This document shows positions 12,901-27,300 of a stretch of DNA of 64,000 nucleotides, piece by piece. The notes under the pieces were generated by a model, which was given only the letters and a program-made list of their open reading frames with translations, had not been told where the DNA came from and did not search any database. Positions within the stretch are counted from its first letter, which is position 1. Each line of letters starts with the position of its first letter. Source of the stretch: Octopus sinensis. Lineage: Eukaryota. The position numbers and the translations under genes were made by a program. The stretch covers positions 123,070,001-123,134,000 of the forward strand of contig NC_042998.1 of NCBI RefSeq assembly GCF_006345805.1, read 5' to 3'.

Positions 12901-13439
12901 TTCGCATTCAATTACAAATAATCTAATAAGATTGCATTAAAGAAACTTTTTATCTAATATACGGGAAAATATAATTAAATTTATTATCAAAATGTAATTA
13001 TGAATATTAAAGAACGAAATACAGACGAAAACCGAACATTTAAAGATATTTTAAAGAATTTTGAGACAATTGAGGAAACATAGTATAAAATAAAAACCAA
13101 ATTCTATGCAAAATATAGACTTCTTTCAGATCGTTGCTCTTAGAAAAAAAACCCATCGGTACTCCACCTCTGACCTAAAATACAGAAGCGTCCGCTCCAT
13201 ATGATAAAGTGTGAAGACAAAATATTCATGGGATAGCATTATAGAAACAAGTATGTAACCAAGACATCATAAGGAAGAATGAAGAATTATGCATCTTCAA
13301 AACTTGTTTATTATAGTATTATTCCCATTAAATTCACATTAGATTCCAATCCGACTCATGTTTCTACTGCAAATTTACACTGTATGCTGTATAAAATCCA
13401 ATGAAACGAAGTTAGGATCTACCTATTGAGTGAAGTACC

Positions 13440-13560
13440 AAAAGAGAGAAAAAAGAGAGAGAGAGAGCAAGAGAGAGAGGGGGAGGAGAGAGAGTAGAGA
13501 GAGAGAGCAAGGGAGAGAGGGGAGGAGAGAGAGAGAAATACACAGACAGACAGAAAGAAA
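13440..13560. repeat. (GA)n purine-rich simple repeat
   Basis: Direct inspection. Confidence 0.9.
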
Positions 13561-15299
13561 CAGTGAGATAAAGACGAATGGACTACGCATTCACTTTGTA
13601 TCATTATCTAACTCTTGTACCTCTCCATTAAGGAGTTTTAATCAAATTCCGTTAATGTTTCAGACATTAACTTGTAAAGCGAATGCTTGTTTTTTTTAGT
13701 TTAGTAAAGTGTTTCTAAACATATGCAATTGTAGTGTATTTTTTCTTTGTATTATGAGATTTTAGATTAAAATGATTTAACATCTACTTGCATAGGCGTG
13801 CTTTTCATTCTGAGATTTTGCATTTTTAATTCTCTGATATGGAGTTTGCGGGTTTGTAGTTAATGGCCAACCTTTGTTTCATTTTCTCTCGTTCTAATAT
13901 ATGGTTGTAGATTATGTGTTTTAGGGTTATTAATTTGTATTCCAGAATTTCGCTTCAGAATTACGTTACATTTTAGAAATATTTTCAAACATTGCAGTTA
14001 TTATGCAATGAAATCATTACTCTCTTTACCCTTAACGAAACTTTGTATGTGTAATCTACCGCTATGTCTTAGAATTTACTTTTAAGCGCATCATCCATTT
14101 GAATGCTTCATAATTTCAATAAATATATGCGTTGCAGATATTCCTTGGGCGACATTTTAAAGTAATAGCCACTGTATATAATGGGGGCTGGTTATTCAGT
14201 TTAGGCTGCTTTTCATATGCATTTTCACGCGTGTTTTAACCTAATTGTTATCAATTTCAGTGGAACCTTTTAGGATGCCCTGTGTTAGTCTGGAACCTGT
14301 AACCTTGTGTCAACTAGCTATGTACACCCTCAGTAATAGGATTTGTCGGATCCTTGCACTATTTTGTATCAATTATTTAATTTCTTTAATTATAGATACG
14401 AGTCATATTTAGTGACAACTTCCGTAAAAGTCATGTTTTATAATTTTCCCACCAGTCTCGTCAACGACTGTTTGGCTCATCCACGTGGAAACCTTTACGC
14501 CATTGTTAGACTTTCGCGATGTATCAGCATTAATTAGTTCAAACTACACGCCAATCTTAAACAGAAACTAAAAGAAACATCAGATAATTCTAGACACTCC
14601 AGAAAAGATAGGATGTTGCAGTATGGCCTGCTTATGAATATAGGCCTCGATTATTTTGGCCTAGACCTAACAACAATAATAATTGCCGGCTCCCCAAAGA
14701 TAACTCTGCATCAATGCCGATGAGAAAATGAAGGATAGAAATGTATGTTACATATACATTTTGTAAATATAAATTAAGTTGAAGTTCATAGTCCGGAAAA
14801 TTATATTCTAAGCAATAACTTATACTTTAAGCTCTAATATATTACGTATTTGTTTAATTTTCATATCGTTTGTATAGAGTTTTATCTCTTTGTAGTACTT
14901 CTATTTTTTTAAAAGACGGTACGGCCCTGATGTGATCGAAATTTGTTTGATACTTCAATCCGAGCATGAAATCGATTGCACAAAATATTTAGGTACGGGC
15001 ATGTAATTCTGTTTATAATTCATGACATAAACATATAGAAGACTCTACAAACATCTGAAATAACAATGTTTTTACCACTTCTATGTATTCGTTTTACCAC
15101 AAAATAAAGATGTAGGTGCGTACACGAACGCACAGATTCACAAATTCATAAAGATACGCATACGAGAATACTCATGTAACGCACGACATCTATATATTTG
15201 CTTACAAACATGTGGGTATGTATGGATGGATGGATAGATGTACGCACATACACACATATATATTTAGTTGAAATTTACAGAAAAACAAAACAAAAAAAA

Positions 15300-15418
15300 A
15301 CAAAAACAGATGTATGAACAACAAACAGGCGTATTACTTTGACGCTCAGGCAAGTGAGAAAGTATTTTACGTTTCGAGTCTACGCTTTTCAACAGAAAGG
15401 AATAAGAGAAAATAGAGA
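15300..15418 (-). mobile_element. Short PLE-type terminal module with minimal hammerhead-like motif
   Basis: Minus strand: cttt CTGTTGA a aagcgtagactc GAAAC GTA aaa. Homologous to 41700-41830, 51657-51810 and 52061-52170. Confidence 0.7.
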
Positions 15419-15550
<132 letters not shown>

Positions 15551-15589
15551 ATACATACATACACACACATATATATATATATATAAATA

Positions 15590-17172
15590 TCCCATGTCTT
15601 CCTGGGTCTGCTTCTGCCGCAGGTTTCCTCCACAGTTAAATATCGGCACTTCTTTACACAGCTGTCCACATCCATACGTATCACATGACCATAGCAGCGC
15701 AGTCGTCTCTCTTGCGCACCACATCCGATGGCTCTTATGCCCAACTTTCCTTCCAAGCCGCTTACACTCTGTTGTACATGCACACTGAAGTTGCACATCC
15801 AGGGAAGCATGCAAGCTTAATTTCTTTCAAGTCTACGCATGTTTCCTTGCCGTGTAGCATAGCAGTTGGCACACAGGCATCATAAAGTTTATCTTTCAAT
15901 CTGAGGGAGAGTCCCTTTTCTGCCAACATTGTTAGGAGCTCTCTGAACGTTGCCCAGCCTATTCTTATTCTCGCAGCTACGCTCTTAGAGCATCCACCCC
16001 CGATACTAACGTGGTCACCTTGATAACGAAAACTATCAACTACTTCTAGCTTACCCCACCGGCGGTTGTTGGAGTCTATTTTCGTACATTATTATTGTTT
16101 ACTGTACATGTGCACCTTCCACACACAAAAACTATTTCCTCTGTTAACCATCCTCTGATATTGCTGCACCTCTTATATGCCCATAGCTTGCAACAGTTAC
16201 ATCTTATGGAGTTTCTAACTAAACCTTTCCTACAGATCGAGCATGGTCATCTACCTGAAGGAATTTGTAATTTATCTGCTTTCTTACTTACTAAGACTTT
16301 GGTTTTTGCTAGGTTAACTATAAGACCATTTCCTTCTAGACCTTGCTTTCACGCCTGAAATTTCTTCTCTAGTTCTGGTAGGGAATCAGCTATAAGGACA
16401 AGGTCATCAGCATAGAGCACCCCACAAAGGCATCCCATCATGAATTCCTCTGTTATTACTGGAGTGGCTGCAGACTGATTCTTCATGAGCTACCACTCCG
16501 ACCCTATCGCTATGCATTCGTTGCCAATCCTCACCGTAATGACAGCATCGCTGTCCATGACATGTGCAGCTCTAACCAGCCATCTGTCTATTCCTAGTTA
16601 CCGCACTGACCACCAGATAAGGGAGTGGGTGAACCTGTCAAAAGGCCAAGTACAGAGATTTTGTCTTTGGACAGGCATTTCTCCTGCAACTGCCTTACCA
16701 GAAATATAGCATAAGTGGTGTTTCTCCCTGGCACAAAACCAAACTGTATCTCATCTAGACTAACTCTCTCCCTAATTAGTCGGACTATGGCCCTCTCCGA
16801 GACTTTCATCACCTGATCCAACAAGCTGATAACTCTGTAATTATTTTTATCTAAGGCGTCACCTTTACCTTCATAGCAGTTGATTATGGTGCTGCTGCAC
16901 CAGTCATTGGGTATGACTTCGTGTACCACCTGGTTAACTGTACGGTTGACTAAATCATAGCCCAGACCGCCAAATATTTCAACCCTCTCAGTGGTTATTC
17001 CTAATGGGCCAGGGGCTTTCCCCATTTTCGTATCCTTCATAGCTATGACTACAACATTACTGTCTATTCGGATTGCTGGTCTCTGCGTTGGGCAGATTCT
17101 CTTCCTGTGAGTGCTCTGCATTTAGTAGCCTTTCCTAGCGGCACTTCCAAGCCTTTTTCAATTCCAAACCTC

Positions 17173-17175
<3 letters not shown>
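15590..17175 (-). mobile_element. RTE-clade LINE reverse transcriptase region, disrupted
   Basis: GKAPGP, KGDALDKNNYR, QFGFVPGRNTT, LYADDLVL (~16400) and C-terminal RRLRCYGHVIRM...GRSRPRKTW. Contains stops and frameshifts. Confidence 0.92.
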
Positions 17176-17212
<37 letters not shown>

Positions 17213-17216
17213 ATAA

Positions 17217-17310
17217 TATTAGGTAGTATATCCAAACTTATAGAGAAAAATTAGATTTAAGATTAAATCAAATTTCACAGTATAAATATAAATTATATTA
17301 CATTATTTAT
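17217..17310. repeat. Dispersed repeat, homologous to 41942-42030
   Basis: attagg...atccaaa(c)tta...gaaaaat(t/c)agattta...ttaaatc...agta shared between the copies. Confidence 0.65.
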
Positions 17311-17374
17311 ATTTATTTTTTGTTTTTTATGTTTAGGTTTATGTGTGTGTGTGTATGTATGTATGTATGTATAT

Positions 17375-18222
17375 CATTATTAAGTTTATTTCAAGATTTC
17401 TTGCCAATAGAGAAAGAACCAGTTTCTAAACTAGATACAAGGTTCCTTTATTGGAATTTCCTCATCAATAACAGGGTATTTTTGTATGTATGTATGTATG
17501 CATGTATTTAGGCATGTATTTATGCGCAAATTTGTATATTTCATGAATGTATTCTTGTGCATAGAGTTGCATATCTAGACATGCTCATATATATTTAATT
17601 GATAAACTTCTGGAATGTTTTACAGATTTTTACAGTTCCCGTGATGGACTGGATCTGTAGTTTTCGAATTAGCTCTCTCCTTTCCGGTTTTGAGAACCCT
17701 AATTTCTCAAGATTGGTATTTAGGCCGTGCGTTACATATCCCAGGGGCTCAATAATCACAGGTATAAACCTGAACTTGTAATATGGATAGAGTAACTGCA
17801 GGTTTCTCAATAGTTCAGCATAGATGTTCTCTTTTTCATTGATCTTCAGCTTTTTGTTAACATCCGCAGGGCAGCTAATTTCCACAACTGTGCACAGTTT
17901 CTCTTCTCCATCCCAAATCATATTATCAGGTATGTTGTGCTTATATTTTATTGAGGCCTTCACTGGTACATTCCACTAGTATTTCTTTTCATTATGAGTG
18001 GCTATGGCGTCTACCATATTGAAGGTTTTTATTTCTGTGTCCTCGGGTTCATCCTTCCGACGGATCATTATAGGATGTCCTAGGTACACCGTCATGTCTG
18101 ATCGGTAGATAATACACTGATGACATTTTCGGACAACTGCTTATGATGTGGGTGATATCTTCAGTGTGGACTTCACAAAGTCTGCAGCGGTTGTCACATT
18201 TTACGGCTTTTCCCTCATGTAT
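17375..18222 (-). mobile_element. Second RLE-type (R4-like) LINE family, 5'-truncated
   Basis: Zinc knuckle CRLC...EDITHIISSC and RHD, then RLE motifs PDNMIWD...VVEISCPAD..K and FIPVII..LG. Flanked by (CATA)n-type repeats. Confidence 0.85.
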
Positions 18223-18905
18223 ATATGTATGCATATAAGCAGAGATGAGTAATTAAACAAGCAAAGCTTCTTTGTGGATCTTCAGCAAGTGTGGTACAAA
18301 TTACAACCTGCTTTACTACGAAAAATTCCTAACATTATAATTTTAAGCCTCATTAAATAAAGTACCAAAAATTATGTTAGAATATATTTTGGAAGCATCG
18401 AGTATTAATTTTTTGATTATTTACTAAACAACAACGATAGCATACTTTTTAAATCTGAAGTCAATTTTATTCATATAATCAACTTCTGTTCTATTTAAAG
18501 AATTTCTAGTATTAAAGAAAATGACTCACGAATCAATTAAATGAATTAATGTATTAAATCAGACTATCTATCATTGGTATCTTTTCCTCACAGTATAGTA
18601 GAGTATATTACAGTTTAAAATTTGCACAAGGGCATAATAAACTTAATGAAGTCTATTAAGAAGCTGAGAGCAGGCATGCATGTCTGGTTAAGGTTTCCTA
18701 CAAGGTGATTCCAATAGCTAGAATGATTGAGCGAATCCGAATGTATTCTGGCATCAGATCAGGCATGATGGAAGATTCCTAATTGTATTTATGATTTAAG
18801 GAGCTAAAACACTTTCATGTACACACAAACACACACACACACACATATATATATGTTTATGTATGTATGTATGAATGTATGTATGTATATATGTCTGTAT
18901 GTATG

Positions 18906-18942
<37 letters not shown>

Positions 18943-18944
18943 AT

Positions 18945-18982
<38 letters not shown>

Positions 18983-18989
18983 GTATATG

Positions 18990-19898
18990 TATGTGGAGGT
19001 ACCCAAAAGTAACTGCAAACGTCCACTTTGTGAGAAGCTCCTTGTAGTTCAGGCTTCCGCCGCTAGAAGCCACTTGAGGCGACCTTCGGGCATCATTCTG
19101 CCCACCGGTGTCGTAGAGTAGAGTCGTACTGCAACATAGTGCATCTTTGCTTTGCGGTGCTTCTTCTCTGTTCGTCAATTGTTGCGATCGCTGAAACAAA
19201 GGAATCACGTGCTTCCGTGAAATTTTGTTTTCTGCTGAGGAAAACGACGGCCAAAATAGTTGTCATACATCAAACGGCTTACGAGTATGCTGCTATGAGC
19301 AAAACACAAGCTTACGAGTGGTTTGCATTCTATAGGAATGATGTCTTGTCACCTGAAGACCAACTTGGTTCAGAACGACGACTGAGATCCCGAACGAATG
19401 AGAATATCATGAAAATTCATGAATTGATCTTGGGCCACCATCACCAATGAATTGACGAACTTGTTGATATGAATGGTGTGTCATACAGCTTCCGCCAACG
19501 AATTTTGAGCGTGTAATTGCGAATGAAATGAGTTGCATCATAATTTGGGCCTCGCTTGCTCATGGAGGATCAAAACAAGACATGGAAAATGAAACGAATA
19601 CGTGTCAGGAACTGAAAGAGCAGTTGAAAGTTGATCCGGATTTTCTTTCGAAGTTCATCACTGGTGTCGAAACCTGGCGCTACAGAATTTGCAGATGTGG
19701 AAGTGGCGAAGAAAATATGACGGAGGCGTTACAAGGCATCACTTCGCAGGAGTTCCAGCCGTGCTTCGAACAATGGAGAACGTATATGGTCCGGTGCATT
19801 GCTTCAAATGGAGAAATCTTTGAAGCCGATAAAAGTATAAGCATGTAAAACTAAGCGAATGAAATATTGCACAATTCCGGCTTCCTTTCGGTACCCTT

Positions 19899-19902
<4 letters not shown>
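18990..19902 (+). mobile_element. mariner transposon, internally deleted
   Basis: HTH region ESRASVKFCFLL...AMSKTQAYEWF and C-terminal FQPCFEQW...CIASNGEIFE. Degenerate TIRs (ggaggtacccaaaagtaac / ttcctttcggtaccctttgta) in TA repeats. Same family as 28320-29594. Confidence 0.88.
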
Positions 19903-19939
<37 letters not shown>

Positions 19940-20169
19940 TATATATATATTATATATATATATGCATATATAATAGAAATGCTTCAAAAGAAAAATAGCT
20001 ACTACACGTGGAAACGGTATGGGGAAAGTAAGAAGAAAGAAAGCGAAAATACACGTTGGATATAAAAAACAAAATTAAGGCTTTTTGTTATGAAAAGTAA
20101 CGATGAATATATACAATTAGATGAACTAAGGTAGAATTAAGAGAAATAAAAGTCATTATATATATATAT

Positions 20170-20395
20170 GCGCTCTTGGCTTAGTGGTAAGGATGTACCC
20201 CTCACAATCGCGAGATCGTGGTTTTAACTACTGAGCCGAGTGGTGTTTAGTGCTCTTCAGCAAAACACTTTATCTGTCATTGCTCTTTAATCACTTCCTT
20301 CAATACCTGACGAGTGGCAAGGTTTATCTCTTCCGGCAACGTCAATTTCATGGTGGGAGTGATCGAATGTACAACGCAAACTTTTGATCGCGCTT
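20170..20395 (+). mobile_element. tRNA-derived CORE-type SINE
   Basis: A-box-like tggcttagtgg, B-box-like gtggttttaac and central cagcaaaacactt; related to 22880-23035. Confidence 0.65.
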
Positions 20396-22594
20396 ATATA
20401 TATATATGCCATTTTGAACTCTTCCCAGTTTTGAGTATTATATCGACTTACTGTATTGCGGAGATTAATGTCGTTTTTTCCAGGAGTCCTGCTTACAGAA
20501 CTCTCTCAATAGGGGAGTGTTTCGAGATATTCTACCTTACTTAGAAATCATTAACCACAGTTAGAAAAATAAATCCAGTTTGAACTTCCTCTTAGCACGC
20601 TTAATATCCATGAGGTTCAGCCTAGAAATAAAACTATCAAGAATAAATAATCTAAGTAGCTTGGGGCCTCAACGATACATATGAGAAACCTCTCAATGCC
20701 ACTGGCAAAATAATCTTTATATATCGTTGGATAAAGTTACATTTGATAGAGATGCAAACTATAATAAGTAAAGCGTGGGGAATAATAGATTCAGAGAAAA
20801 TTAATTTTATTCCTTCCCTCACTATATCGAAAGCACCTTCAATTAATGAAATCCACATTCAATAAAACGAAAAATAAACGACAAATGAACTTTAACCCTG
20901 GTATTATAAGCTCTCTATCCATACGGAATATGGAATCTAATATCCTCAAATCCGGAAACATTTCCCCATAAGACATAAACGTACAAAACTATTCAATTAG
21001 CAAAACATTACGGTTGGATTCTACTCCATAAAGAATATGAGGATCACTTTGGCCCGTAGTAAACGTTGGAAACCACACAATAAGCTCATGCATCCGAAGA
21101 TTAATTTCGCAGAGAAGACATAATAGTAATTGTCGAAATAGCTTGGAGTTATGTCTCCTAAGCAATTTATGCAAAACTGAGTGGATCCCTAATTTATTGA
21201 AGCATAGTCTCAGTCACCGGAGACAGAGAGACTATCACTTAATATTTATCAGAATATGTCAAGTCAGTCTCAAGAGGTGATGTTTATACCATTAGTCCAC
21301 CTTTATACCGACAAACAAAAGAAACAGTGTACAGACTGCCGATAGTTTTTAAGTGGTATATAAAGTGGCAATCAGAATGAAACGCATCATTGTTCAGCCT
21401 ATTCGAATTCCATGTCAAAAGTTGATGGTCAGTTTTTGACAGACTTATCAATTATTTTTCCTGTCAAATTTAGATAGAAGATAATCTATTTTGATAGATG
21501 ACGGCAGATACCTAAATAGTCCTTGGTGAGATACAATATTATGTTACGTCTCAATATTGTATACCATATAAATTAATCTACATGAATGCCACATTTACTG
21601 CAAGGTCCTTTGTCAATTTAATAGATTGGTTTCTATAATAATTTAATGATATGAATTATATTGTTTCCCCTTTTATTTTCGTTTTGCTAGTTTGGCTTTT
21701 GTTATTTTAATGTTATTATTACTTTTTCTCTTGCTTATCAAACAATTCTGCTATTATTGATGCGTCGTTACCATGTACCGAATTCATTAATATTCTCTCT
21801 GGTGGAACTGTCTTCCAAATCTTAATTCTTAGTGAAAATAGCAAAAAAATATCAATAACCTAGAATAAAACAAATAAGACGTAAAAAAATGAAACAAATT
21901 TTGTATCAGGCAACGAAACATTACTGTTTGTGATAGATTGCTCTGTCTAGCAAAAAAGAAATTCGCTTCATATTTTCTCAAATTTTATTTATTACAGTAA
22001 TTCCTAAATGTAATGGTTTAACACTTTAATTTCAGGAGAGAGTAACATATATAACTAAATCAGTATAGAATCAGCGATAGATTTACGAAACTGTAATAGC
22101 TCTATCAACAGAAATAAAATTTGATTATATAAACTCGTTTGACAACTTATAAGAGGAGGCATTTCAGTAATGCCTTCTGATCTATCGGCATTTATATGCT
22201 GGATTAAAGTCGCATATTTTCATGAATTGCTAAATCTAATGTATTTTGAAATCTAAGAGATCAATTTCGCGTGACGCTTATAAAACTAAAAAACAAACAA
22301 ACAAACAAACAAACAAAAAACACACGCTTAAATTTAATAATAAAACTTATTTTCTAATAGGTAGATTCTAATGGAATTTTCAAGCCATATTTTACTGCTA
22401 TACACAATGTGTAACATACCTAGCGAAATTTTGTGAACACGCGCGCGCGCGCGCTCACACACGCGCACACACACACACGCACGCACGCACACACACATAC
22501 ACATATATATATGTGTATACATATATTATACATATATATATGTATATATAATATATATATATACACACATATATATAAACAGATATATATGTGT

Positions 22595-22723
22595 AAAGCA
22601 TCTCCAACGTATGAAACTATTAGTAGCTTATAACTATATAGTGTGTACATTAAATAATATATACATATATATATATATACATGACTACATATATATGCGT
22701 GTGGTTGCGTATATTGGGCTGTT

Positions 22724-22775
<52 letters not shown>

Positions 22776-22804
22776 CAACAGCCCAATAACTGAAGTAGGT
22801 AAAA
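22595..22804. repeat. Direct repeat copy 1 (copy 2 at 24129-24367)
   Basis: aaagcatctccaacgtatgaaac...ctgaagtaggtaaaa is nearly identical in both copies apart from TA-tract length. Confidence 0.93.
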
Positions 22805-22879
22805 GATATATGTATATATATACATATATATATATATATGTGTGTGTGTGCGTGTGTGTACATGCATATATATAGTGAC

Positions 22880-23035
22880 AACGCATAGCCTAGTGCTTCT
22901 AGGAAGTTGGACACACGATCGCAAGATCGTGGTTTGAGTTCCTAAACCGGGTGGTGCGTTGTGTTCTTGAGCAAAGCATTTCATCTCACATTGCTCTGCG
23001 ATCACTTCGACAGGTGACGCATGGTACACAGTGGT
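22880..23035 (+). mobile_element. tRNA-derived CORE-type SINE, 3'-truncated
   Basis: tagcctagtg...cacgatcgcaagatcgtggtttgagttcc...cttgagcaaagcatttcatctcacattgctc. Confidence 0.7.
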
Positions 23036-23039
23036 ATAC

Positions 23040-23875
23040 TACTAATATGTCAATAGTCGATATTTTAGATGTTTCCCTAGAACTAAACTCTCACGCTGAT
23101 GAAACGTACTATAAGCCCAACGAGTAATTTTCTTACATGTATAAACAGTCCTACCCCTATAGTGTACAAAAAGCTGATAACATATAATAGTAATTGGATA
23201 TCAAATCCTTTTTCTAACAATGCCCTTGTTAACACTGGTTTCAAAGATAAGATATACTACAACCATTCTAGTAAGAATATGAATCATAAAAATAGACCTA
23301 AGTATAGATCTAGGAAACTGATCTAAACGTTAAAAGTGACGTAGGTAAGAGATTCCTATCTCTCTTAGGTAAACATTTCCTAGAAAATGACAAATACAGA
23401 AAGACAACAGACGCTTAAATGAAGTGTTGTATAGCTGCCGCCCCAATATGAAGAGCATCATTACTCGTAAATACCACTAATAGCCCAATCCCAGTTGTAA
23501 CTCTCGAGACTCAGGGACTGACCCACGTGATTAGGCGTGCATGATTAAATCCATCGTAGATAATGAAAGAGTAGCAGTAACGCCACATAACCTAATCGAA
23601 AAGGATTACATCACGTTATATGTCATTGAATTCAAAAGATGCTGTACTAACTTAGCTCCTTTCCGGCTCATGGACAAAACTAAAGACACTAAGTTGGTTA
23701 GCCACATATGAGGCTTGAAGAATACAAGATCTTAAAAATGCAAGATATGCGTTGCTGAAACAGTTCATGTCCTCTTTAGACCGAAGAATTCTACTGCATT
23801 GCTCAATTCGAGATCAGAATTTTTAAACAAATGCAAACATATGGACAAGTTTCTTTTGGCGAATTGGAGAACACT
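23040..23875 (+). mobile_element. Penelope-like element 3' coding remnant (thumb to GIY-YIG end)
   Basis: Broken frames with DVGKRFLSLLGKHF, a basic RSRK linker and terminal LLNSRSEFLNKCKHMDKFLLAN, typical of PLE C-termini. Confidence 0.75.
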
Positions 23876-24128
23876 GCCCTCATCGAATTCAGAAGCTGTA
23901 TCACAGGCTTCTGTTGATTTTACACCAACTACTCTTATGGTTTTAATTCTTTTGCCTTTCTTTTTCCGTTTTTTTCACACTTCTAAGTTTTGCATCCACG
24001 TTTCCCTAGCTTTTTTCCTCGTTAATTCTTTTTTGTTCTGTTGTTCCCATTTGTAATATATATAGGCCATGTGCTCAGGGCCCGGAGATTGCTTGGAAAC
24101 ATTTCCCGTATTATTAAAATCGGCCTAG

Positions 24129-24190
24129 AAAGCATCTCCAACGTATGAAACTATTAGTAGCTTATAACTATATAGTGTGTACATTAAATA

Positions 24191-24238
<48 letters not shown>

Positions 24239-24276
24239 GACTGCATATATATGCGTGTGGTTGCGTATATTGGGCT

Positions 24277-24338
<62 letters not shown>

Positions 24339-24367
24339 CAACAGCCCAATAACTGAAGTAGGTAAAA
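24129..24367. repeat. Direct repeat copy 2 (copy 1 at 22595-22804)
   Basis: As for copy 1; lies just downstream of the PLE remnant. Confidence 0.93.
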
Positions 24368-27300
24368 TATATAAAATGCACACATACATATAAATAATGT
24401 GAATGAATGCTTGGGATAATCTCATCCATTCCTTTTCTTAAATTTATTCCATTTACTCCAGATCTCTTATCGATTTTCATGGGTGTAAAAATACTGGGGG
24501 TTTCAGAGGGTAGTAGCAAAACATATCGTAGTAGGTGATTCATTCCGTTAAAATATATATTTAAGAAGAAAATGACAAATTGTGGCCTGTAACACAAGGC
24601 ATTTCATATAATTTATATAATTATTCGGAGCAGTAATGGTGATAAAGTGTTGTATGCTGTGATGTAGGGTAAAGCAGTAGTATTGTAAATGTAACACATT
24701 ATATTGTAAAATAAGAGCTTCTTTATTCCGTATGTTATTCAATTATTTAACGAAATGTAATTGTTGCTTTCCTTCTGATTTCAAGTTTCGTTTCAATTGT
24801 GAGCACAATTTCATTTACGTCCACTATAGTGATGATGGTCTCTTTAGAATAAATTATTCAGTTTACTAACAAGACAAATCATATTTAAGTCATGTAATAA
24901 CATAGTACCTTACCCATTCAATCATTTCCTCTCTCTGTACAAAACACACAATAAATCTCTGTCGAACGTGTTATTCTGGACATTTTCATATTATAAGGTT
25001 ATTGTGTTTATTTCAAATGAATGTAGTCCTTTAATAAATTATTCATCCCTATTCGCAATGTGTAGGAAATTAGAGGAATGTCCTACACTGTCTAATCAGA
25101 AAGCTCTATGACTGCATTTGTGACCAGCAAAACCTTTGCTAATTATGTCAGTATCGGTGAAAGTATTTGCTCCTGTATTACTTCAATGTCTAATTTTTTC
25201 CCATACACAGAAGTGCTTTGTTTTCTATTAAATTTCTATAAATATCATAAGATTGTTATGCTTACTAGAAGTTACGCTATAGCAATGGTAATATATGTTT
25301 TGATTCGGAATCTTATTTTTCATACTTATAATTTTGATCTACGTTAATGACTGTTGTATATTTCAGATATTTTGTTTCACAACAACTGGGGTAATATGAA
25401 AGACAAAATATACAGAGGAGGCTGTTTATAAAAGAAACTAAGAAAAAAAAAAGATAAAAATTATCTATTCCCAGACAAATGAAATTAATTATAATTTATC
25501 TAATAGAGAAAGATATAAACAACTCCAAGACAAATTACATAGTAAATTGTATTTCAATAATGAAAATGTGGAAATACACTAGAAATATAGATTCAGTGAA
25601 AGAGAAAATATCAACAACATAGAATTGACATGTAATTCCATATAGAGACTTGCAGGCTTATAGAGATTAATTCATCACTGCTATATTTTCAAGGAAGTCT
25701 TTTGCTGCTGCGGATTATTGTAACAAATAAAACTTTGTGGATTAACTGCCAGTCAATTAAACAAAAACAAATAGCGAATAAATTCCTTGACTAATATCTT
25801 AAAATGAGAGCTAACAAATTTACAAAATTATTGATTATAGAAAAATTACTATTTGCTAGCACTGTATGTTCAGTTTAAATAGATTTCTGTATGTGATAAT
25901 CATTGTTCTAAACTTACATAATGGCAACCAGGCTTTCTGACTGTATATCACTAAGAAGGATTTCTTACAATCTTATGGTATCTTGATTTTGTGTTTTTAT
26001 AATATAGATATCGTAACCTCTGAAGATTATACCACTGAAACTGAGGCTCACTTTTAGTGGAAATGTACTCCGTAATCAAGCATTAAATCACTGCTCATAT
26101 AGTAGCATTATGCATATTTTAGGTCTTGTTTATAGTGAATATTTTCGTTTTTATACCATTACAACCTTCCTTCTATAAACTATGACCGACCCTGTACTAT
26201 TTTTCAGCAGGATTTACTTACAATCATTACATTTATGAACTATAATCACTTATCCATTAACGTCATTACTCATCATAATGCTGGAGTATTCAATAAATGG
26301 GCGGCTTTATATTATTTAGTGAACTTTCGTGATTATCACAGACAGTAAAACACTTGATACGCCACCCGTTATATTGCTGTGGCTCTTTGCGTTACGAGTT
26401 TAAATCTCGCCGCGACCAGCTTTGCCTGCTATCATTCTAGAGTAGATAAAATAAACGGCCAGTTAAGTAGTTCATCAATATCATCTATTTATTATACCCC
26501 ACTCCCAATTTTGGCTCACTGTTCTGATAGTAAAAATTATTTCAACTCAAGTAAGATATACAACCAAGTGAGCCCTCAGTTATCATCCTTGCAGCAAATG
26601 ATTCTGGATATTCACAAAGGCCATTAATATACCACACAATATAACAAATCTATGTTCTATAGTATTTGAGACTCTCTGTAGCCACAGCTGCAATATGTAT
26701 ATTTGTTCCTATAACTTGAATAAGAATAACCTTTTATAAACTTAACATTTGTTATCGCAGAGAATTCTAATTTTGTTTTCGGAAAAAATATAGTTCTACA
26801 CGACATAGCCACCGGATTACTTGTATTGGGAGCAATTTAAGCTAGATTAACGCTGTTCTATTATATTCTGCCCCGAATTATGCGAACTGTAATTTTTATC
26901 TGTAATTAGTATCTATCTAAAACAAAGGCAGCTGAATAATTGAGCGATAAGACTGTTGACAACGGTCACAGCACAACACTGGTGACAATATGTAAAACGA
27001 AGAAACTTCAGTCAGCAGACCGGCAGTAATAAGGTTAGCTGTATTGATATATAAAAATAATATCTAAACAATTGAATGTCGGCTAAAAAATTGATTTGTT
27101 TTTGGTGATGGAGAGAAAAGCACATAGAAATAATCAGATTAAAACGGAATTATCAAGATCTATGTCATAATCTATTACAAAGAATGGTAAAGTTGTTCAA
27201 ACATTTGTTTCATTACTCTAAGACCTTGTATAATATTATTCAAATCAGTATCAAAACAAAAATAAAATTAGAAACAAAGAAACTACTGTTTAATGGAAAA

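Noticed and set aside
24070-24150. Complete hammerhead at the start of direct-repeat copy 2
   Set aside because: Only the GAAAC..GTA half is recognisable; no CUGANGA or stem I partner.
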